DNA of 64,000 nt, taken from contig NZ_OZ244138.1 in the NCBI RefSeq assembly GCF_965216085.1, positions 5,121,377-5,185,376 of the forward strand, in the 5' to 3' direction. Positions within the stretch are counted from its first letter, which is position 1; each line of letters opens with the position of its first letter. This document shows positions 18,445-26,193 of this stretch, in pieces. The stretch comes from Roseibium sp. (lineage in GTDB: Bacteria > Pseudomonadota > Alphaproteobacteria > Rhizobiales > Stappiaceae). Made by a program: the position numbers and the translations under genes. The notes beneath the pieces were generated by a model, which was given only the letters and a program-made list of their open reading frames with translations, had not been told where the DNA came from and did not search any database.

Positions 18445-19595
18445 TCGCCATCGCGCCCGCGATAAACAACACCATGCTTAGTATAGGCATCCAACAACAG
18501 TTGCACATACTCTCGCGAACTGCCGGTGACATGCCCCAGCGCCGGCCAGGCGAACGGAAAGGTCATGCAGGTTACTGCCAGTTCCAGTTCCACGCCAAGC
18601 TTGTCTGCGACTGCAATAGCCTCCTCGGGCTCCTTATCTTCAGGCCATAGGTCTTCATCCAGGGTTATCCAGGCGTCGTTCTCGTCATCGACGTTTATCT
18701 CTGCCAACAGCGCACCAAACCTTTCTCCGGGATTAGTCGCATCTTCGAGCAACGCTGTTCGTAACAGCAAAGAAATGCTTTCCTCATCCAGCTTTAGCGT
18801 TGGCCGAGAATCTACGACTTCGACCTTGGGCTCCGGCCGCTGCTTTACAGCCGAACAATCAACGAGGTGCGGTTCTTCACTACTGCCTTCCAGCCACCAC
18901 GGTGAAGCGAAGATGTCTGTCGGCGAAGCGCCGCATCCCGGACAGTGCCAAAGATTGCCGGCAACTTGGGCCCCGGTGATTTCGCCATCACAATGAAGGC
19001 AAAACCAAACCTTAGATCGATCGCCTGTCAGGGGGTGCTCCACGGTTCCTTCAGCATCGGGCATGGTTGATCGTCTTGGCCAATCAGATGCGATGCCGGC
19101 CCGAACTTTTGCGACCTCTTCATCTGCAATCGCCAGCGCAGCGTCTATGAACTCGCGGCCATTGGCCGGATTATCTTTGCTGTGCGTTGCCTCGATTTCG
19201 ACAATGGGCTGCGAAAGATCAGCTTCTCCCATCAGAATGCTCCATCCGGTGCCTTCCAACCGAATGTCGCCTAGTGACTCAAAGACATGGTATTCGTGAT
19301 CTCCGATCTTGCCATGCCTGATCGGCTCATCGGCGGGACGAGTCATCATTTTTTCAATGAACATTTCCTCCTGATCTAGGCTTGGATGAGACCGCCGGAC
19401 AAAGGCCTTAGCGGTAGCAAGGTCGTCGTTACTAGGTGTCCAACCGTTTTTGGCCTTGGTCGCCAAAGACGTCCAGCTCGGGAATTCCAATTGGGCAGCA
19501 ACGGCGTTGAGCGCTTCGTATTTGGGGAGTCGGCAGGCGTGCGCGTAACGCTTTGCCAGCAGTTTAAGTTGTTTGATTTGAGTATCTTTTGTCAT
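18441..19595 (-). CDS. hypothetical protein with a central zinc ribbon and an acidic C-terminal half
   Basis: 384-aa ORF containing CLHCDG...HCPGCG (a 4-Cys ribbon). No other motif is recognisable. Its 3' end overlaps the convergent GGCT-like gene by 4 nt. Confidence 0.5.
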   Translation of the reverse strand: MTKDTQIKQLKLLAKRYAHACRLPKYEALNAVAAQLEFPSWTSLATKAKNGWTPSNDDLATAKAFVRRSHPSLDQEEMFIEKMMTRPADEPIRHGKIGDHEYHVFESLGDIRLEGTGWSILMGEADLSQPIVEIEATHSKDNPANGREFIDAALAIADEEVAKVRAGIASDWPRRSTMPDAEGTVEHPLTGDRSKVWFCLHCDGEITGAQVAGNLWHCPGCGASPTDIFASPWWLEGSSEEPHLVDCSAVKQRPEPKVEVVDSRPTLKLDEESISLLLRTALLEDATNPGERFGALLAEINVDDENDAWITLDEDLWPEDKEPEEAIAVADKLGVELELAVTCMTFPFAWPALGHVTGSSREYVQLLLDAYTKHGVVYRGRDGD

Positions 19596-20004
19596 GATCC
19601 ACTCCGAAATGGGATCCGACTAGGTGCCCGCTACTAACCAGATCCCGAAATTGGACTGGAGTTTTAAAGTATCGATAAAAGTGCTGCGTAGCTTCGCGTG
19701 GCGGACACACAGGCATGCACCAAAGGCCAATTCGACCGTGCCGGATTCATCAAAGCCCGTCAAGTTGTACTCAAAGATGCCGGGGATCGTGGCCGTTGCA
19801 TCGAGTTCGCCAAGCTGAAATGGGAATGGGTTTTAGCTTTGCTGAAGCCCTGCCCTTTGGCAAGAGTGGAAATGGACGGCAAATAAGGTAAATCAATACC
19901 GATTAATTTATTGAAAAGACTAGGAGAAAGTTCTTTCCAAATGAGCCAGTAAGAAAATTTAGCGATTTTTTTATATTCATATTTCTGAAGCTTCGCTAAA
20001 AGAG

Positions 20005-22470
20005 CTAGCTTCCTACCTTTTTCTTTATCAAGTCATAGCGGAGATCGCCGCAGACGCAGTTCAACGATTGAGGTGCTGGGCCTGCATAAGTTAATCGCAG
20101 TAAGCTCCCACATGTCTTACACCTGACTTGAGCAAGGACTTCGTCAAACGCATCCACAATTGTCTTAAACTCCTTCGGCTCGAAATTTTCCCAGGCATTG
20201 AAATGGACCGCTGGATTGACGCCCCACGCTTCGACATTGCATTGCGCGTGCGCCTTCTCGAATTCAGAAAGCGTCTGCCCAATTGCCTCTTCCAATTCGG
20301 CTTTCCCCCAACTGTTTGCTGCAGCTTTTGCCTCCTTCAGCCTTTTTCGAATAGCAGACAAGGCAGGAGGGAGCGTGTCGTTCAAGGTGAACTGACCATC
20401 TGCCCGAAAGGGAACCGATGCTCTGAGATTATCGCACAACAGATAGCCGACATGCTCAAGATAGTGACGCAGCCTGCCTGCTGCAGTTTGCACATCCCCT
20501 TGTTCCAAAGCTTCACGCACACGCGCCATCATGTCAGCGTCATTGTAAATTAAAGGGCCAGTATCGACGGTCCATCCGCCGAAGGTTACTGCGTTTACGA
20601 TCAAATTCTCAGACCGCATGAAATTGAGCCAAACGCGGTCATGCGTCGTCATAACAAACTGCGTGTTTGGGAATTCCTTTTGTAGCAGATGACAAACCTG
20701 CCGACGGTGGCCTGTATCCACCGACATCAACACATCATCAAGGACGCAAAAACGAAAATCGTCACCCAAAATCTGCCGCATAAGTGCGAGATATAGGCAC
20801 AAACCCATTCCGTCTTGGTGACCCTCGGAATGGAATGCCCCGGGGGGGAACTTTCCTCTACCGTAAAAGTCGACATCAAGGTTGAGCTTGGCAGGCCCGG
20901 GCGTCAACGCACCTTCGAAATTCTCTTCGTCGCCTTTGTTGAGCTGTTTGTAGTAAGAGGCGAAATTGTTTTGCACAGACTCGTAAATACCATTCAGCTC
21001 TTTCAAGCTGACTTCATCGAATGTCGCTTTTGCAGCTCCGGCAATGTCGGCGTGGCTTGCGGCATTCCGAGCATCTGTGACGGCTTGAACCCAAAGTTCA
21101 TAGCGTTCTTGGGCCAGAATAAGTAATTCTTCAGCTTTGTCTGCTTCGGATATGTCAGGCAGTTTTTCGATTGCCTGAACCAAGGTCTCACACGCAGAAA
21201 TCGCTTCCTCGGAATCCTCTATCCAGCAGTTCTGCAGCACCTCGATTGCAGATATCATTTCCTCATCGGAATTCGTCGCTGTTCCCAGAGTTGTGTTTAT
21301 CTGTTCTAGACGCTCCACCTCATTGCGAAGCGCATTCTGTATGTCTGTACATTTGAGCTGGCCGGCACGGTCTGCGGCAACGCTCAAAGCTGCGATTTGA
21401 CTCTGTATTTGCTGGCGGACGATCAGGACTGCTTGCGAAATATTTTTGATTGCTTCGTTTGCGGCTTCAGCCGACTTTAGTTTTGCCTCTAGATGATCGC
21501 GCAGCTCTTGTTGGTCCCAATGTTTATCGCACAAGGGGCAACCGTCATCATCAATTAGGGGTAAACCAGTCCTTACCAGAACATCTTGACGAACCGCGCG
21601 CCATGCTTCTGCATCCGATTGCAGGTCTTTAAGGGATGTCGCCGCATTGGTGCGAGCCTCTAAGAGAGCACCCAGTTCAGAACGCATCGCGTCGAGCAAG
21701 AGCTGCGATTCCTTCAAAGCTAGATCTTTGGGAATAGCGTGCGTTTTAGCCGAGCCTTCCTTCATCCCTTCCTTGAAATTGGTATCACCTTTCAACTCCG
21801 CGATTTCTTTCAATTCGAGCGTTTTACGGTGCTTATTCACGGCTGCGAGGATCGTTTTGGCTTTCGTATTTTCAATGCCAAGTCCGCTAGCAAAATGATT
21901 GCGGGCATTCTGGGCCTTCGTAGCCGTTGCGTCTTTTTCAGAGTTTGCGCGATTACTAACTGTCGTCAGGGATTTTCGAATTGCATCGAGGCGATCAAGG
22001 CGCAGAAGGGTCTTCACGTCTTCATCGCGTTTACCAGCAGGTGTTATGATGTATTTGACAATGTCGCGCCGGGAGAGGGCAAATTCCGGATGCCGCTCAA
22101 GTTCCTGAACGGCGGCGCGGGTTTCATCGTTTGCAGGTTCGATTTTCGGTTGGCGCGGCTTTGCAACGCTTCTTTGGATGGTCAGCTTTTGTCCGCTTGC
22201 CGTCAGTATACCTTTGATTGTAACGCAGGCTTTGTCCGAGTTCGCACCGGCATCTACGTGGGGACCGTGCTTGCCAACAGTCAGCTCATCGGATCCAGCC
22301 CCGGTGAGGCGACTGATGGATCCGGTTAGTGCAAATTCAATGGCATCGACAACGCCGCTCTTACCGGTCCCGTTTGGACCGAATATGCCAAAACGCTTGC
22401 CCGCAGGCATAAGCTCTAGCTGTTTGATGCCTCGAAATTGTTCGATATTGATACTTTCGATCTGAATCAT
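20005..22470 (-). CDS. Rad50/SbcC/SMC-like ABC ATPase with a CxxC zinc hook and a C-terminal zinc-ribbon domain
   Basis: N-terminal IEQFRGIKQLEL...FGPNGTGKSGVVDAIEFALTG (Walker A). A long coiled coil carries CPLC at aa 311-314 (nt 21529-21540). Then come the signature-like SEGHQDGMG, Walker B FCVLDDVLMSVD and H-loop TTHD. A further ~200-aa domain ends in CKTCG...CVCG. Confidence 0.8.
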   Translation of the reverse strand: MIQIESINIEQFRGIKQLELMPAGKRFGIFGPNGTGKSGVVDAIEFALTGSISRLTGAGSDELTVGKHGPHVDAGANSDKACVTIKGILTASGQKLTIQRSVAKPRQPKIEPANDETRAAVQELERHPEFALSRRDIVKYIITPAGKRDEDVKTLLRLDRLDAIRKSLTTVSNRANSEKDATATKAQNARNHFASGLGIENTKAKTILAAVNKHRKTLELKEIAELKGDTNFKEGMKEGSAKTHAIPKDLALKESQLLLDAMRSELGALLEARTNAATSLKDLQSDAEAWRAVRQDVLVRTGLPLIDDDGCPLCDKHWDQQELRDHLEAKLKSAEAANEAIKNISQAVLIVRQQIQSQIAALSVAADRAGQLKCTDIQNALRNEVERLEQINTTLGTATNSDEEMISAIEVLQNCWIEDSEEAISACETLVQAIEKLPDISEADKAEELLILAQERYELWVQAVTDARNAASHADIAGAAKATFDEVSLKELNGIYESVQNNFASYYKQLNKGDEENFEGALTPGPAKLNLDVDFYGRGKFPPGAFHSEGHQDGMGLCLYLALMRQILGDDFRFCVLDDVLMSVDTGHRRQVCHLLQKEFPNTQFVMTTHDRVWLNFMRSENLIVNAVTFGGWTVDTGPLIYNDADMMARVREALEQGDVQTAAGRLRHYLEHVGYLLCDNLRASVPFRADGQFTLNDTLPPALSAIRKRLKEAKAAANSWGKAELEEAIGQTLSEFEKAHAQCNVEAWGVNPAVHFNAWENFEPKEFKTIVDAFDEVLAQVRCKTCGSLLRLTYAGPAPQSLNCVCGDLRYDLIKKKVGS

Positions 22471-22664
22471 AGCTCAGTTTCCTCTTGGGGCGGAGGAAAC
22501 AACGCGTCGTCAATTCGTTTGGCAGTAGGCGCCGCATCGTCAAGCATGACTGCCATAAGGCGGTCTCTTAGCTCCTCGCTTCCGACGTCTTTTTGAGCAA
22601 GCGCATCGGTATACGCGCTTATTACCTGCTCTACGACGGGAGATTGCGACTTTGCTTTTGCCAT
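22467..22664 (-). CDS. small hypothetical protein (65 aa), translationally coupled to the SMC-like ATPase
   Basis: Its stop overlaps the ATPase start (ATGA, 22467-22470). The sequence is acidic and helical, with no recognisable motif. Confidence 0.5.
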   Translation of the reverse strand: MAKAKSQSPVVEQVISAYTDALAQKDVGSEELRDRLMAVMLDDAAPTAKRIDDALFPPPQEETEL

Positions 22665-22762
22665 CTGTGTCTCTGGGTTGTTTTATTTGTATTTACGATT
22701 GCGTATGCAGCTAATAATTGCAAATATAACGATACGAACAAATTTTGATGATCGAGCAACGT

Positions 22763-25042
22763 TTAAGTTCGTAGTAAATTTGAGAACAGGCTTATCAAAT
22801 CGTCGTCATCAAACTTTTCGTTGCCTTGCCGCCTCGATGGTGAAAATCCGGTGCTGCGTTCCTCGTGATCGGACTCCTCAATTTCCGATATTCGGTCAAA
22901 CACCACTGATTTCGCCTCTTCAGGATCGCGACCGGTGAGTTTTGCGAGTGAATCCAGATAGTCTAGATGCTCGGTAAGACTGTCTTCGGTATCCAGATGG
23001 GATATGGCTTCTCCAGTGTTTGAAAATTCATACTCTATGGCATTTCCAAGGGCGTGTCCGGCAGGCGTAAAAGGCGTAAGAAATGTATCGGACATATACT
23101 CCTGAACACTCTCAGTAACGCTGACAAGCTCATCGGGCGGAAGTCCGTCTTCAATCACGTTTGTCAAACGTGCTTCAATAGCTTCCAAAAGCGTCTGTTT
23201 TTGTGAAACGTCGTCATCGACAAAATTACTCACCCACCAGTGAAGTTGTGGAAGGTCTCGCCCATCCCGCCACGAATTCAAACGCAATTTACTGGTGGCG
23301 AGCATAGATAAAGCCTTTTCGATATACTGCTCTTCACCGCAAGCTTCCCACCATTGAAGCAGCATTTCCGCCCGATCTGCTAGCGAAAGGTCGTCAGCCG
23401 AATAGCTTGCATATCCGTACCGCATGGATTTTTTCATTGATGGCGTGGCATCAATCATCTGGGAATATGAGCCAAACGCGCTGGCGAATTTCTTTTGGAT
23501 TTCAGGGTGAGACTTAAAAACTTCGCAGACGTGCCGCCATAGGTGTTTTGCCCAATCTGCTCTCCTGGCGGTTGCGGGCAAAAGCTCCAGAAATTCTTTC
23601 TCGATAAGGTACGACTTCAGGAAATCCCGGACGGAGGGATTAACAAAGCTAACAGTTTGGCCGGAAATAGAGACAAAACCGGATTCCAAAGATTTTAATG
23701 CGTCTTCAAAATCCCCTGGCTTTGTCGGCTGTCCATAGTGACCGCAAACAATCCGATGCAGTTTCGAAAAATTTTCACTCAATTCATCGACTTCTTGTCC
23801 ATATTCCGAGCCAAAGAACAGTGCGACCAGAAGGTTTTGCGACTTCATATCCAATGCGCGATATGGCTTACTCCAAACAAGTTCGGGATTTTCAAGGGCA
23901 TGATAGATGTAGCCAGGATAATCCGAAGGCTTCATTACATCGATGCTGTCACTCGACACGGACGCGATAATTCGGGGATTGTAGTTTTTATGGTCCACGA
24001 TCTTTTTCAGCCAATCGCCAACCAACAAAGCCTCAAAATGCTCCTGTTTTAGTTCGGATGCCGATAAGTGATTGAACAAGATTTGCGATCTGATTTTTCT
24101 GGTGTAAGCGCCGACATCTAGAATATATTTGGCGAGCTGTAATTTCTTGTCGTCAACGTGATCTGATAATCTTCTGGCTTCTTCGAAAATATGCGCCCTC
24201 GTGGTGAGGACGAACCGTGAATTCTTCGAACGTCGAATTCTGTTTACGAATGTCGCAAGTGCGGTATCGCGTTGAAGAAGCGATTGGCGGTCTAATTCAA
24301 TCCGCCCCAAAAAATCATCGAAGAAGAATACCGTTGGTTTTCCGTCATCGACCTTGGCAAATCCTTCTTCTAGCGAAGTAATGGCATAGAATTTCCACCC
24401 TTCTTCAAGATATTGATAGGATATCATTTTTGCTAGGGTCGTTTTGCCGACACCAGGAGGCCCTGAAACGATCAGGATTTTCTGGTCTTCGAGTCGTTTT
24501 GTGGCTTCTTCGAAGCTCGGATTTCGGACATACACACGAAGGTCGTCCAGAATCTCTTCTTTCGTTGCCTGCGTGAAAGCCTCAAGACCGGAATTGAGAA
24601 TGCGCTCCAAGACAGCAGTGCTGGATAGCCAGAGCTTGATGTGGGATTTTTCGATTTCCGGATATCGTGTGAGGGCTCCTTCAATATCTTCTCGCCCCCA
24701 GATATCCTCCGGCTGCTGGAGAATGCCGCTGGCGATCTCCGCAAGAGTATTGCTCTTTTTTTGCGTCAGCGACTGTGATGTAAAAAACAGATAACGTTTC
24801 GGCTTGAGATCGGAGACCTTCAGAACTTCCTTTTTGAGAGACGATTTCAGCGCCGTAAAAGTCGAGCCAATGTAATGCTTGCATTGCAGGATGGTCGCGT
24901 CCGCACCCCTTGAATGACGACCGTCTATTCCACCGTCCGGCCCTGGACCGAACGCTGAAAATCTTTTGCCGGTGTCCGCTTTGGCGATGTCGCGGCAAAG
25001 TTCCTCGAAATCGATGTGCGATAAGTTCTCAAGTCTCGACAT
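22763..25042 (-). CDS. Mrr-like restriction-endonuclease domain fused to a STAND-type P-loop NTPase
   Basis: The N-terminus FEELCRDI...GPDGGIDG...ILQCKHY is an Mrr_cat-type PD-(D/E)xK core. Walker A is SGPPGVGKTT (aa 193-202) and Walker B is VFFFDDFLG. A roughly 450-aa helical C-terminal region follows. Confidence 0.75.
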   Translation of the reverse strand: MSRLENLSHIDFEELCRDIAKADTGKRFSAFGPGPDGGIDGRHSRGADATILQCKHYIGSTFTALKSSLKKEVLKVSDLKPKRYLFFTSQSLTQKKSNTLAEIASGILQQPEDIWGREDIEGALTRYPEIEKSHIKLWLSSTAVLERILNSGLEAFTQATKEEILDDLRVYVRNPSFEEATKRLEDQKILIVSGPPGVGKTTLAKMISYQYLEEGWKFYAITSLEEGFAKVDDGKPTVFFFDDFLGRIELDRQSLLQRDTALATFVNRIRRSKNSRFVLTTRAHIFEEARRLSDHVDDKKLQLAKYILDVGAYTRKIRSQILFNHLSASELKQEHFEALLVGDWLKKIVDHKNYNPRIIASVSSDSIDVMKPSDYPGYIYHALENPELVWSKPYRALDMKSQNLLVALFFGSEYGQEVDELSENFSKLHRIVCGHYGQPTKPGDFEDALKSLESGFVSISGQTVSFVNPSVRDFLKSYLIEKEFLELLPATARRADWAKHLWRHVCEVFKSHPEIQKKFASAFGSYSQMIDATPSMKKSMRYGYASYSADDLSLADRAEMLLQWWEACGEEQYIEKALSMLATSKLRLNSWRDGRDLPQLHWWVSNFVDDDVSQKQTLLEAIEARLTNVIEDGLPPDELVSVTESVQEYMSDTFLTPFTPAGHALGNAIEYEFSNTGEAISHLDTEDSLTEHLDYLDSLAKLTGRDPEEAKSVVFDRISEIEESDHEERSTGFSPSRRQGNEKFDDDDLISLFSNLLRT

Positions 25043-25159
25043 GGCTTTTGCGTTAATGATTCCAGGAACATATTAAGGATGCGTCACGTTCGTTCCAAGT
25101 AATTTCGTACTATCAGGAATTGTGAGGTTGTTCCATTCCTCCAATTACAGCGGTTCGGC

Positions 25160-25625
25160 ACATGTGCAGAGTCACATTTCAAAGCCCTGCGAGTGGTTTC
25201 AAGGGGCGCGATAGCCCTTTGATCGGGTTCAGCGTCGATACGCTGACGGCATCCAATCTGCGCAAGGTTGGTCTGGGTTCCAAGGGGCACGAAGGCTCTT
25301 GGTCGATGGGATGGTTCCAAGGAAGGGAGGCGCGAAAGCTCCCTTCTTGGTCAGGATTGCACAAGGGCAGGAACGCCCTTTGCTCTCGATGAAATCGTCT
25401 CCATGAAATGGTCTGGGGTCATGGGGGCAGGAACGCCGCCCAAGTCGATGGGTGCAGGGAGAGTGAAATCTCCCGCGAGTGGCTCAATCCGGCAATACGG
25501 GTTGGATGGCTCTGAAACGGGCTCAATGCCCTGAAAGAGCCAAGGCTAGAGGGTCCACGGGAGAGCGTAGCGTCTCCCTGGCAAGATCAGCGGGGGTACT
25601 ACCCCGCACATCTTGCGGGTGAGAG
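25160..25625 (+). ncRNA. candidate structured RNA or protein-binding hairpin array (unclassified)
   Basis: ORF-poor, GC-richer segment with at least 10 consecutive stem-loops, several closed by GNRA-like or GGA-containing loops. It also has degenerate repeated words. G-T pairs in the stems occur only when read on the plus strand. No known RNA family was recognised. Confidence 0.3.
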
Positions 25626-26193
25626 AATTCAAAATTAGCAGATGCTAGAAATAGGAGTTTTAAATAGCGTGTCCGCTTGCACGTTCACTTCAGACGTTTT
25701 CCGGTTCACGCAACAACTCTGCAAACAAGCTCTGTGGTTGTTGCTTCTCAACACTCCACCCAGCCTTGGCGAACGCGATGAACTATTCCCTGTGTTCCGC
25801 GAGGTACGGGAACCTAGTTCTTGGCATGAAAAACACTCTCAATCACTAACCAAAAAGTGCCCATCAAATCGGGGCCCTTTAGTTTTTGACTTGTTCCAAG
25901 AAACTTGAATTTGCCAATAGTGGTTGGCTTGAGATCTCTTCTCGTCACTTGAAACGTTACGGTAGCTTTGGGACTAGCACCATCGATTGGCTAGATTTCC
26001 GAGTGCTCATTCGTTGAGGCGAAGCAACACAATTATTCAAGTTTGCTACCGTTGGAACAAACAAAGCAAGGAAGTGAAACTGCTAGGTTCAATAGTTGAC
26101 GTAACAGTTTCCTTGCACCACACTACTATCGCGTGTTTTGAGCGGTAGCAATCTACCAGAAGGACTAATTGAGCACGGAAAGCTGGAGGTATC

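Noticed and set aside
25160-25625. Hairpin-rich region as a CRISPR array, an FMN (RFN) or cobalamin riboswitch, a retron msr/msd or a group II intron remnant
   Set aside because: The repeats are degenerate and irregularly spaced, and there are no cas genes. GTGAAAT and CCCGCGAG-like strings occur, but the obligatory RFN blocks (ACCGGCGGT, GCCGACAGT) and the B12 box are absent. There is no reverse transcriptase nearby and no domain V consensus.
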